From: Paraspadella gotoi
Taxonomy: Eukaryota; Animalia; Chaetognatha
Length of the DNA: 53,711 nucleotides
Assembly: GCA_051294375.1 (NCBI GenBank)
Contig: CM119264.1
Location: forward strand, 27,111,341 to 27,165,051
Direction: 5' to 3'
The position numbers and the translations under genes are program-made. The notes under the pieces are model-generated. The model searched no databases. It was not told the DNA's origin and saw only the letters and a program-made list of their open reading frames with translations. The first letter of the stretch is position 1, and the number at the start of each line of letters is the position of its first letter. Positions 39,091 through 51,500 of this stretch are shown here, piece by piece.

Positions 39091-42000
39091 ACAGAAATAG
39101 AAACAGATAGAGAGAAGAGAAAAGGAGACAGAGAACGCAGACAGAACCTTTCCTCACCCGTAGGAACGCCTTGGCGAGGATCTCGAGGATTGGATCAAAG
39201 ACATGAAGTCACGTGACGAGAGACTCGGAGCCTGCGGAGACCACGCCGGAGTTGGGGATCAGGCGTCGCTCCCGCCTGTCAGGGGCGTCAATCAGGTAGG
39301 AGGGGGGAAGAGACGATTACGACAGAGATGACCCCGGAACGGTTTGAAAGATCGAAGACGACGATGAAGTGAACAAATATTGTTTGTCACAAACTTTGTG
39401 AAACAAAAATATAATGGATGAACTTGGAAAATATTAATATTAAGCTTGAATGTGTATAGTCGTGTTAACATTGAGTTTACATTATGTCATTTCATTATCT
39501 CAAATTGTAACATTCGGATATTTAGCAATATTAATAAATAGTATTGCCAAATGTCCCAAACTCACAATTGGACGAGGACGACGACGAAAACTATTTCCTC
39601 CTTCATTGAATCAGTCACTTTCTCCGTCTCATTACATTAATTAATTAGCTAAATTTATCAAAAGCCAATTACCAATAGCTAAACTTCCTGACAGTTCCTT
39701 CCCTCGACTTCCGGCGCGACGCCCAAACCGGCGACGATCGACAAAAGCGGCGCCCCGAAGAGGACGTCGGCGGCGCCGCGCGACGCCCGCGCCTGGGACA
39801 AGTTCGACGTCGACGCCGAGTTGGCGAAGATCGACGTTGCCGATGCTGCCGACGCCGCCGACGCGGAAAAGGCGATCAAAGAGGAAGAGGACGACGGGAA
39901 GCGAAAGGTAGAATCGAGTGGAACGATTGAAGGGGAGTGTGATCGCTTCGGGGGATACTGTGCAATGCACATATGCACACGTGGCCGCAGTGACTTCTCT
40001 GCGCCGTAAAGTGCGCAAATGTAGGCGGTGTGCACTATGGAATTTGTTTTTGTGGTATGATTTTTGAAGGATGTAATTAATGCGATAATGAATTTCGCGA
40101 TATTCAGCAAAATGTGGAGAGCTGAAACTGTTTGTTTATTTTACAATTTAATTAGTTGATTGTCATTTATGCTGGAATGTATTTCATGTATTTCGCACAT
40201 TGATTATATGTTTAAGTGTACGAAATATCTTTGAAATTTTTTTACAACAAAAAAAAACGTAACAAGAGACAACGGCTCAAACTACTTTTTCCCTCCGCAG
40301 GGCGGAGCTGCTAAAAAGTTGTCGCTGGAGATTGACGTCTCTGGTTTGACTGACGTCGAAAAAGAGACGAAAGCGACGAACGAGAAGAACAAAGGAAATG
40401 AGAGTTTCGCCGCCGGAGAATTTCGTGACGCCGTCGTCTACTACACCAGAGCCATCTCGGTCAAACCCACCACGCCATTTTATAACAACAGGTAAATTGC
40501 GTATTTTAGTTTTTAAAAGCAGAGAATTAGACAATTAGAAAAATTATGAACAAGTTTGAGCAAACAATGGACGGACAGACAGACGGACGGACGGACATCA
40601 ATTTATTTGCATAATTTATCATAATTTGATGTTCTGACATGATATAAGTGAATGGTCGACAAGATTGAGGGGGCGGACCGACGGACCGACAAAGTAAATT
40701 GTAGAGCCGAAATCTGCTGTAAGCATATCACGCTAAAAATAGTTACGGCTGTCTTCCTAAGTCCTGACCCTTACCTTCTCCTTACCCTCAATCCTACATT
40801 AGAGCCTTGGCCTTTGTCAAGTTAAAGAAGTGGAACCGTGCGGTGCAGGACTGCGACTTCGTCCTCCGTGCGGAGCCAAACAACATCAAGGCGCTGCTGC
40901 GACGCGCCATCGCGCGGAATGAGAAGAAAGACTTTAAGAACAGTCTCAACGATCTGCGGAGGGCGCTGCAGGTTTTGATTGTTGTCTTTGTTTGTTTTTG
41001 TTTATATGTTATAGTATTATAATAATAGAAAATATATCCAAGTAGGATAAAAAGGAAGCACATTAAACCTGGGTTTAATGTGCTTCCTTTTTATGGGCAG
41101 TGGGCACTGGGCACTGGGCACTGGGCACTGGGCACATTTGTATCCATAATTTAAAAAAGGGGGAAAAATCCCAGAAATAAATATAAATTTTTTTATCCAT
41201 AAGTTGGTCAATATAAAAAGATTTCTTTATTTAAATCAGCCCTCGCAATATTACCACATGATTCGATAAAAGGTTTAATTATAAAATTTTAATATATTTT
41301 ACAATTCAAACTAAGGTTGAGCCGAACAACAAACGAGCGACCGAATTGTTGACTCAAGTCGAGGCCGCGTTGGAGAAGCAGAAGAAGGAGAGGGAGGAAA
41401 GAGGAATGACGGGAGGAAGGAGGATGATCATAGAGGAAGCGAGCTCAGAGGAGGAAGAAGGGGAGGAAGTAGGGGAAGGGGAGGAAGGGGAGAAACGGAA
41501 AGAGTTGGAGGAGATCAAAGCGGAAAAGGACAACAGAGAGAGAGTGGAGGAGAGAAGAAGGGGGGGAGGAGAGAGAGTAGAGAGAGGAGGAGGAGACGGA
41601 GAGAGAGAGTCGACGAAGATTTGGGACGCGGCCGAAGTGGAGACCGCAGAGACGGGGAAAAGGGGAAGAAGGAAGAAGAACAAGGAGGCGGTGAACGCGG
41701 CGGCGGCGGCTGCAGCGTCGGCGGCTGCAACGTCGGCGGCGGCGGGAAAGGCAGCGTCAGGGATGGTCGGAGAAGAACCTCCGCCTTTGGAGGACATGAC
41801 CCAAAAATTGGTGGAGAAATTCCCGGAAGAAATGATCAAAAAGTTTGCCAGAGAGCGGGAGGAGGAAGAGAAGAAAAAGAGGGAGAATAAGGAGGCGGAG
41901 AAGAAGGAAGGAGAAGAAAAAGAAAAGGAGAAAAAAGAAAAGGAGAAAAAAGAAAAGGAGAAAAAAGAGAAAGAGAAAAAGGAAAAAGAGAGGAAGGAAA

Positions 42001-44495
42001 GGGCGAAGAAAGAGAAAGAAGAAAAAGAGAGGCAAGAGAAGAAGAAAAAAGAAAAGGAGAGGATAGAAAAGGAAAAGATAGAAAAGGAAAAAAGAGAAAA
42101 AGAAAAGAAAGAAAAAGAGAAGATAAAAAAGGAAATATCGAAAAAAGAAGAGAAAAAGGAGACAGAAAAGATAAAAAACGGAATTGAAAACGAGAAACAA
42201 AAACAAAAAGACAAAATGGAAAGCAACGACAACGATAATAAACAAAAGGCCAACGAAGCGGATTCGAAACCCGCCACGACCGACGCTGATCGCCCTCTCC
42301 CTTCCAGCGTCCAATGTCTCAAAGACGCCGGCAACGACGCCTTTAAACGAGGCCAGTACGGCGCCGCCGTCGAATCCTACACCGGCGCACTCGCGCGTCT
42401 CGATGCCGAGGACGCCGCTGCAGCCGCCGCCACCCCGTTCCGTCAAGGACGCGCCACGCTGCTGAGTAACAGGAGCGCCGCCTATCTGAAGATCGGCGAC
42501 GCCGTTTCCTGCGTCCGCGATTGCGACGCCGCTTTGCGATTGACCCCGGCTTCGGCCAAGACTTACCTTCGGCGCGCCGCTGCCTTCGAGACAATGGAGA
42601 AGTACGCCAAAGCCTTCGTCGACTATCAATGCGTCTTGCAGATGGAGCCCGGTGCTGTAAACGCCCTCACGGCGTCGTCGAGGCTGCAGCGGGAGTTGAG
42701 AGAACGGCACGGGAACGAGTGGCGCCAGAAGCTGCCGAAGATGCCGGAAGGATTAAAGGCAGCGGCGGCGACGGCTGCGGAGACGGCTGCGGCGACGACT
42801 GCGGCGACGGCTGCGTCGTCTGCGGTGGTGGCTACGGCGACGCCGCCGCCGACGACGACGGAAATGAAAAACAAAGACGCGAAACAAGAAACGGAAAAAG
42901 AAAACAAAGACAATGTGAAAGCTAAAAGCGACCAAGCCGACAAAATCTCCCCTGAAGCTTCGCTCGACGATCTTTTCGAAACGAACAAATCTCTCGGCAA
43001 CGACGCCCTCAAGCGAGGCGACCTCGAAACCTCTGTCCGCTTCTATTCCACCTGCGTCGGCCTGCGACCCGACAACCCCGTCGGCTTCACCAATCGCTCT
43101 CTGGCCTTTCTAAAGCTACAGCGGTTCGTCGAGGCGGCCGCCGATTGCGATTCTGCTCTCGCCGTCGATCCCGCCAACGTGAAGGCCCTCTTTCGCCGGT
43201 CGAAGGCCAGGAGGGCTCGGGGGATGTTCAAAGAGGCCGTCGGAGATCTCAAGCGGCTCCTAGAAGTGGAGCCGGGAAACGCTGGAGCGAAGAAGGAGTT
43301 GGAGGAAGCGAAGGAGGAATGGAGGAAGGCGTTGGGGAGGGAGAAGAGGAGGAAGGAGGCGGAGGAGAAGGGGAGGAGGAGGGTGAAGGTGGAGGAGGTG
43401 GAGGAAAGTGAGGGGGAGGAGGAAGAAGAAGAGGACGAGGAGGAGAATATTAGGAAAGAATGGGAGGAGAGGAGAAAGAGGAATGAAGGGAAGGAAGGAA
43501 GGAAGGAGGTCGAAGAAGAAGAAAGGGAGGAAAGGAAAGAACCAACGCTGACGAAGAAGATAAAGATCGAAGAAGTGGGAGAGGAAGAAGGAGAGGGAGA
43601 TGGAGAGAAGGAGGGATGGTGTGTTGGAGAGGAAAGGAGAGGGAGGAGGATCGAGGTTCAGTTCGACGAGGAAGAGGAGGATGAGGAGGAAGAGGATGAG
43701 GAGGAAGAGGATGAGGAGGAAGAGGATGTTGACGAAGAGAGTCGTCCGATTGTTGATACGAGGAAGATAGAGACTGTCGATGGTGAGAATGAGAATAAGG
43801 AGGAGGAAGAGGAAGAGGAGACGTCGAAATCTGATTCTAAGACCCTTGAAGTCGGTCGGGTTTCCCTTGAAGACACGCTGCACTTCGTGGAGGAGCATTT
43901 CGAAGTAACGGACGAGGAGTTGGAGGAAGTGCGCTTGGAGGATCGGAATATCTCTCGGCCGAAGATCGAAGTGTTGGAAGGTGAGAGGGAATCGCCGAGA
44001 GTTTCCGGATGGATCGAAGAGATCGAAGAAGAGGACGATCGTCGACGAGCCGCTCCATTCTCTCCGCATCCTCCCACTCATCCTCGCATGAGCAACTACG
44101 AGTTCGCCCAGCGCCTCAACTCCCTCGGTCGAGAAGTCGCCGGCGCCGCGGACGACGTTGCCCTCGACGCCCTCTACTGTCTCCTCTCGGACGTCAACGC
44201 GGACGCCCTCCCGCGTCTCGTCTCCAACAAACTGGACGGCCCGCTGCTGAGCCGCTTCGTCGGGGTCGTAGAGCGCCGCTTTCTTCGCGACGACCGAGTC
44301 GACGAGGCGTTCCGGTTGCTGCTTCGTCTCAAAGACGTCGAAAGATTCGGCGTCGTCGCAATGTTTCTCGACGCGGCCGACGAACGATCGCTGCGGCGGT
44401 CCTTCGCGCTGCTGAGGCGGCTGCGATCGGCGGAGAGCGTATTCTCGGACGGGGATGTGGGAAGACTGAGCAGAGAATACCGGGTGGAGGGTTGA
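38543..44495 (+). CDS. SPAG1: Sperm-associated antigen 1 (dynein assembly factor DNAAF13; TPR modules plus RPAP3_C), ~1380 aa
   Basis: Exons 38543-~38803, 39164-39295, 39695-39907, 40301-40491, 40803-40971, 41316-44495. N-terminal LEKIIKTLRSGEEG motif, PRDARAWDKFDVDAELAKID, three TPR clamps (EKNKGNESF..YNNRA; LKDAGNDAF..LSNRSAAYLK; NKSLGNDAL..FTNRSLAFLK) and an RPAP3_C-like end (YEFAQ..LPRLVSNKLD..VERFGVVAMFL). The first donor is not canonical in the needed phase (see findings). Confidence 0.92.
41101..41136. repeat. (TGGGCAC)x5 heptamer repeat in SPAG1 intron
   Basis: Directly visible. Confidence 0.9.
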
Positions 44496-44834
44496 AGGGA
44501 AGGCTGCGGTTAAAGATGCGGTTATTTCCCAGTAATTGTAAAGAATCCAGTCAGCCAGAGTTGAACTTGAATTGTCATTCATCATTTCATTCCAAACGTT
44601 TCTTGCCTCCTCTTTTTAAACCATGAAATTCTTTGTAAACGTGACTTACATTTAAAAATGTAAACGGAAATTGATACTTTTTTCTTTATTGGCGTTTTTT
44701 TTTTAATTGCTGTGATTATTTTTCACTTCAGTCGAAATTCTCACAAGCAGACGATGACGACGACGACAAATATTGGATTTTTTCCTTGACTTTTGTTTTC
44801 CTTCCAATTCAATTTTTCCCGCCGAATCGACAAA

Positions 44835-46860
44835 ATGCCAACAACGACGCCGAGCGACGCCGCAGCGCCCAACGCCGCCGCCCCCAACGTCGCCAACGCC
44901 CCCGCCCCGTCCAGCGGGCGTCAAACGTCGACGGATGGAGGCGTCGGAGGGCGGGTGAGCTTCACCACCTCCAACTCTGGCGCGGATGCGGTGTTGCAAG
45001 ATCTCCCGCCGCCCAAGATCGCGCAGCCTATTGATCACGAGGCGAGGGTGCTCGTGTGGACGGACTTAACGCTGCACGAGGTGGACACGTTGGAGGCGGC
45101 CGAGTCGACAGTCGCGTTGCAGGAGACGCTGGCGGATATGTTCGCTCTTCAAGGTTTGAAGATATTATTTGTTATCATTATAATTGGAAAGGAATCACTT
45201 GATCTGGGGTAACCTGCCCGTTATCTGGATTCCATGCTGTGGTGCCGGCAGTAGCGGTAGTTTTTTTTTCAGGGTCAGCGACCCAACATTTTTCTACGCT
45301 ATCCTTTTGTTACGTCTCACCAGATTCAACTATCTTCCATAGTTGGAAGGTATTTTTTATCAGCTAATATCAGTTTTAATTTTTTTTTTTTTATTAAAAA
45401 GATATTACCATGACAATGACAATAATTCAAATCATGAAGGATCCAGAATGACATTGAACTTTAAATGACATAAAATGACGTAAATGACGTTATGACGTAA
45501 TGACTAAAGGACTAAACAATGGACATTAGACTTAAAACGATATAAAAGGACGTAAAAAAAGTAATGACATAATGACGTAATGACTAAATGACTAAACGTG
45601 ACTAAAAATGACCCAGACAATAAGCATTATCCGTTTTAAAAAAGGAATATTTATATGATTAATTAATTATGATTCAGTGGCAAAGCATTCTTTTAATGTG
45701 GCAAACTCTTAACGAAACTATTTATATTTTACGTAATAACTAATGTGTATTCCGAGAGACCAATCCTAAGTACAGAATTGAAATCATCAATATGTAGCTG
45801 ATTGTATTTACTGTTAGATATTAGCTAATATAGAGACACAAATATCCGTACTCAGCATACTCCATTAATTACTGCAATACATAAATGAGATTAAAGCCTT
45901 CCTAAACCTTTTAAGTAAGTAATTAGTGGAATCAATCTCCCAGATCACGACTCCAACCTCCGATCGGCCGTCCTTCTCGATCTCTACTTCTACACGATCC
46001 AATTCGCCCGCGATCACGACTTCACGAAGGAGCAGACCTCCGCCTTCTTCTCCATCGTCAAGGAGACCTTCCAGGTCTGCGTGGAGACGCCCTTCGGGAA
46101 CCTCGATCACTGCTACAACTACTTCAAAGACCTCGTCCTTTGCCACTCCGTCAAAAGGCCGCCCTTTAGTCTGGACATCTTTTCCCCGCCGCAGGTGGTC
46201 GCTCTTTTTTTTTTTTTTTTTTTTTTTATTGATTGGTCTACATCCGAAATTTGACTCGCTGTTTATGTATTCCCTTCGTTCAACCTTGGACAGGCTAAAA
46301 AGTTGACAGAGTACGTAATCAACACTTTTTTCCGTCACTTCAAACTCTACAAGTATTGCTTCACGCCGAAAGTCCGCCTCGATCTCAGCATCGCCTACGT
46401 GGGCACGCCCGCGACGCCGCCGCCGCTGACGACCGCCTTGAAGGAGCATCACGTAGAGACGCCTCCGCAAGTGGAGGAGGTGGAAGAAGAGGCGCCGGCG
46501 GAGAAGCTCCGTGAGTCATTCTTTGATTCTTTCGAGTTTATTCATCTCATCGTTCATTCTTTTTTTTTTCATTTTAGCCTCCGTAGCCACCGCGGATCTT
46601 CCGCCCGCGCAACGAGAACTTCGTCGGTTGATCGAGGCTCAGTTGACGGAGCAGTTGGCGGATCTTCGAACCAACCTCGAGTCTCAGGTCTGGGGTATGA
46701 GGGGGTTATCGTATGAATCTGTTTCGGGTTAAAAATATTTTATATCAATGAAACTTGTAATTTTATTATTTAGATAAAAACCGCGGACGACCAACTGCAG
46801 GGGAAACTTGCGGCGGTGGAGGCAGAGTTTGGCGGCGGACGTCGGGGGAAGAAAAAGTGA
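44835..46860 (+). CDS. CFAP119: Cilia- and flagella-associated protein 119 (CCDC189/C16orf93; CLAMP/C1a-32 family), ~327 aa
   Basis: Exons 44835-45153, 45944-46194, 46294-46510, 46578-46687, 46774-46860. FTKEQTSAFFSI, TPFGNLDHCYNYF, LCHSVKRPPFSLDIF and YVINTFFRHFKLYKYCFTPKVRLDLS are diagnostic. Confidence 0.92.
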
Positions 46861-47304
46861 ATCCCGTCCTTGGGCGGTGGTGTCCATTGTTCGTCTCTCG
46901 AGTCGCTCGTAGACTTGGTCTTCGATCTTTTCCGCCCAGAATTGCGAAATTCTCTCTTTTTTTTTCAGCCATGTTTTTTAGTATTTTTCTCTTTCATTTA
47001 TTTTTTTGTATTTACCGCTTTGACGACATTGGAACTTCATTCTGTCGGTATCAGGCTTCTGGAATCTGTTCAAAGATGTCGCTAAAAAGAAAAAGCGAAT
47101 ATCAAACAAAAGGGGAAAATTATTATTTCACTCTGCCAATAGCAATCTGCAATATCGACCGATTTCATATTTGCCTTAGTCGTATTCACGAGCCAGGTGG
47201 CTAATATATTATATTATTTAATATTATATTATATATTGTTTTGTCCTTTCCCTGCCCAGGTTAAAATTTAATATTCGATAAGAAGAGATAAACCACAAAA
47301 GGAC

Positions 47305-50300
47305 ATGAGTCGCGCGTCCGCTCTTTTGAATCGCGCTTCTGCTCAACTCAGCGGTCAACGTCCAACCGCGCCCTCTTCACGTTTCTCTCGCGGCGCCCCC
47401 ACCACCCCGGCACCAGATGTCGCATCTCGCTTCGCCCCGGCGCCGCGTCCCTCGGGCGGCACGCGATTCGGCGCCGCCAGTCAAAATGACGCCGGATTTT
47501 CGGACGACGAAAGCGACGACGACATCAAAGATTATTTGGCGTCGATGAAGAACAAAAAGACGATCGTCGACGACGACGATGACGAAGACGACGAAAGGGA
47601 CGCGACGAAAACGACGACGAACAAGTTTTTGAAAAAGCCAGCGCGACCGACGGAGAAAGCGGAAGCGACTGCGTTGGCGGCGCCCCAGACCGCCAAGTCC
47701 CCCGCCAAGCCCAAAACGACGCGGCTGTCTGCCTTGGACCAAAAGTTGTCGGCTTTGGACGCCAAGTTTAAACGGCCGACGGTGGCGGTCGTCAAGGACG
47801 ACGATAAAATCGACGAAGGTTCGACCGACGCTTCGATGACGCCCGATAGCAGCGTCGTCGCCGCTACCAAATCGAAATTTCTCAAAAAGACGCCGACTGA
47901 AGGGGGCGCTACTTCCGGGATGACGCTAAAAGCCGCTTCTTCGGGTCAGACGGCGGAGAAACTGACCGTAAAAGATATCGCTCAAGAAAGTAGAGATGAC
48001 GATGACGATTCTAAGACGGGTGAGCGCTTTTTTTTTTTAGATATTCTCGCACTAACTTTAGATTTATATTAAATTAAATTGTAGATTTTATTTTATTTTA
48101 TTTTTAAAGCGCCTAATACATTTCAAGTAAATTTGAAGAATTTCTTTATAGTTTATTCATTGATTTTTCGATGTTATTCATTAATTTATTTTATCTTATT
48201 TTTCGCTTTCCTTTAACTTTCTCATCAGAGTCTGCTTCTACTGCCTCTAGCGGCGCCAGCGCCTTTGGCAACGTCCAATTCCTCGAGATGGCGTTGGAGG
48301 AGATCGAAAGGAAGAAGGCGTCAGTTTCGGTGGCGCCTGAAGACTTTGCCAGCGACGGTGGGGCGCCAGTCAGAGCCGGCATTATGCGAAGCCCGAGTCC
48401 GCGCCACGCCAAAGAAGGCGCCGGCGCACAAGGATACTTTCGCTCCGAGAGTCGGGTAGGCCTGGATTTTTAAACAATTTCATGATGTTAATAATTGATA
48501 ACCCATCGCTAAAAATCCTAAAAGTATAGGCAAATCGAATGTTGTAATGACAATTTTTTTAGTTCCTTATACTGCATCTATCAATGTTTTTAAAAATCTA
48601 TTCTGATACCTTAGTATTTTTTTCCGTTTGCGATACTTTTTAATAGTTAATAAATTCAAACCCAAAATTGAGACCTGCTCAAGAGGGTTGGTCCCATGGT
48701 GTAACGGTTAGCACCCAGGACTCTGAATCCTGTAATCCGAGTTCGAATCTCGGTGGGACCTCTTTTTTCTTGTCTTCTTTTTAATAAAAAAATTTAATGT
48801 TAAGTGTGATTTTGGTACATAATCCTATAGGAAATCATACAATTTTTTTTTAATATTACCTTCTCGATTTTTTTTGTTTTTTTAATTATTTTTTTAAATA
48901 TTTTTCCTAGCCTTCGCCGAAGGCTTCGGTTGGTTTCGCTCAGCTGAAGTCGAAGGGATGAGTCATGATTTCAACTTCGATCCTGAGACCGAAAGACCGA
49001 ACTGCCTTTTGTTCTGAATTTATTCTCTTCGCTCTCGTAGTCCCATGTGGTCTAGTGGTTAGGATTTGGCGCTTTCACCGCCACGGCCGGGGTTCGATTC
49101 CCCGCATGGGAGCTTTTTCTAATGTTTTATGGAGTCTGCAATGCGAAATATAAATAATAGTATTTTTCATTTTTCATCTATTTTATATTTAGGTGAGTTT
49201 TCGCAGCGAGAACGAATATTCCGAAGTTTTCGACGAAGACGACGACTACGAGGACGACGATTACGAAGACGACGACGACTCCTACCGGCCGCGTTCTCGA
49301 CTCGTCCGTCGCCGCTCGACGCGAACGGCAACGTCGCCGACGCCGCGGGAAGCGTCGTCGCGACCCGTGACGCCACGCGGCGACACGGCCACGCCCACTC
49401 CGCGAGCCGTCACCGTCGCCTCGGAAAACACTCGACCGCCCAGTTCGATTCCCGACCAAAGCTTCGGCGCCGAATACACCAACACTTTCGACGACGACGG
49501 CGACGACGACGACGAAAGTGAGAAGTCTCGACGAAAGGACAAATCGCGCGGGTCTTCCCGAAGGTCCTCCAGATCCTCCAGGTCTTCGAGAGAAACCAGA
49601 AGGTCTTCCAAATCCTCTCCGTCGTCCAGATCTAGGAGATCTTCGAATCGATCGTCCAGGTCTTCCAAAAGGTCTTCAAGATCATCGCGGTCTTCGGAGA
49701 GGCCTTCGAAATCCCCGCGTCGACCTTCGAGGATTTCCGCTTCGCCTTTGGATTCCCCGCGAGATTCGGCGAGAGTCTCCAGGCGGAAGTCGACGGCCTC
49801 ATTGAGGTTTTTTTTTAATTTTAGAATTTTGTTTACTTTTTATTTAAAATTATTTTATTATTGTTATTTTCATTTTTTATTTCATTGATTGATTTATTGA
49901 TTGATTGATTGATAATTATTTGTATGTACTCCATCTTTTTTCCACGACCTAGACGCTCTACCAAGGATTCTCTATCCTCTTCCTCCTCCTCCTCTTCATT
50001 TCGTTCGACGAGACATTCTCGGCCGAAAGACGCTTGGGTCGGACCCGCCACGACGAAGCCGACAACTAAGCCGACAACGAAGCCGACGTCCTCGGACCCG
50101 GACCCTCCCGCTCGTCGCCCGTCTCCTCCTAAGGATTCTTCCGCCCATCGCCGAGATTCTCCGGCCGCCTCCCCGGTCAGGGTGGTGGAGAGGGTGGTCG
50201 AGGTGGAAAAGGTGGTCAAGATGCAAGTGGTCAACGCGGAGACGCAGGTGGACGACCTGGTTCTTCGCGGGGCGAGGACGGCGCTCGTGGTGGGCGAGGA

Positions 50301-50728
50301 GTTGGGACTCGGGTGCGTCGATCCATCGCCAATCGCTCCCTTTGTCGTTCAACCCGGTGAGGAAGATGGGGACGGGGGGTGGGAGTGGGTGGGGGGGTGG
50401 AAGAGGGAAGAGGGTGGGGCTGTTGAACGTGATGGTGGTAGGCAGGGGGAGTCCGGACAGGCCCTATACATTGTATACAAGCCTTATTAAAAGTTTAATT
50501 AAGAAATATTTAAGCACTTAATCAACAAACAAACATAATTATTTGACGAAGTTCAATGACAATATTAAACTTTAAAGGTAATAAGATATGATTTATTCAT
50601 TTATTAAGTTTATCATTTATCAAAATATGATAATATGCAACACACACTCACCATAAAACAGCCCCTTACGTGCCCTCTGCTCAGGAGAGGACGTCTCCCA
50701 TGAATCGCATTTTCATTATAAAATAGCA

Positions 50729-50774
<46 letters not shown>

Positions 50775-51500
50775 AACAGACGCGTTGGAAATCGTGACCA
50801 TGTACGCACCCTCAGTGGTGGCGATGAACGACCTCTTTCGGCAACAGTTCGATCTGACGGATCATTTCGTCAAATCCATGCAGAGGATGCATCTTCTCAT
50901 TCAGGTGAAGATCGGTTTGAAGGGTATTCAGTACAGATTCGTCAAAATCATTTAATCATCATTAAAATTTATTATGATTATGGTAATATAACATTTTATG
51001 AATAGGCATTAATTACATGTATTTATTGATTCATTTATTCATTCAAATGGTTCATTCATTTATCAATGCATTCATTTTTCCAGGAGCAGCTAGAGAGAGA
51101 CAAACGACCCCGCGGCGACGACAACAACGACGACAAGTTTAGCCGTCGTCGTCGTCATCTTCCGCGCGGCGGCGACGCTCCAGTGTGGCGAAGGCGTCAT
51201 CGAGGGGGATACGTGCGGACGTGCAACAAGTCGGTCGGGACCCGGATGAAGACTAAGGAAAAGGCCGTCGAAGTTAAGGAAAAAAAGGAGAAGAAAAAAG
51301 GGGAAATAAGGAGGAGAAATGAAGAGAAAAGAGAGGAAAAGATGGAAAGAAAGGAAAAGAGGGATGAGATAAAAGAGAAAGAAAGGGAAAGAGTTGAAGA
51401 GGTTAAGAAGAAAGAGAAAGATAGGAAAGATAGGAAGAGAGGAAAAAAAGAAGAGATAATGAATCTTGATGATGGTGATAAAGAAATAAAGGATGTGTAG
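47305..51500 (+). CDS. C19orf44: C19orf44-like (DUF4614) protein, ~830 aa, mostly disordered Ser/Arg/Asp-rich
   Basis: Exons 47305-48019, 48229-48455, 49193-49806, 49953-50356, 50780-50904, 51084-51500. GLGCVDPSPIAPFVVQPDALEIVTMYAPSVVAMNDLFRQQFDLTDHFV matches the DUF4614 core (YVDPTPIA..V...DAIEALTAYSPA..L...LKQQL.LTQQF). Repeated KFLKK motifs near the N-terminus. Confidence 0.78.
48690..48761 (+). tRNA. tRNA-Gln (anticodon CTG), intronic
   Basis: GGTCCCA/TGGGACC acceptor stem, CAGGA-CTCTGAA-TCCTG anticodon arm, GTTCGAATC T-loop, T6 Pol III terminator immediately downstream. Confidence 0.96.
49041..49112 (+). tRNA. tRNA-Glu (anticodon TTC), intronic
   Basis: TCCCATG/CATGGGA acceptor stem, TGGCG-CTTTCAC-CGCCA anticodon arm, GGTTCGATTCC B-box, T5 terminator. 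Confidence 0.96.

Noticed and set aside
41354-44585. Long minus-strand ORFs (326, 317 and 441 aa)
   Set aside because: Antisense shadows of the purine-rich/GC-rich SPAG1 exon; no recognisable domain.
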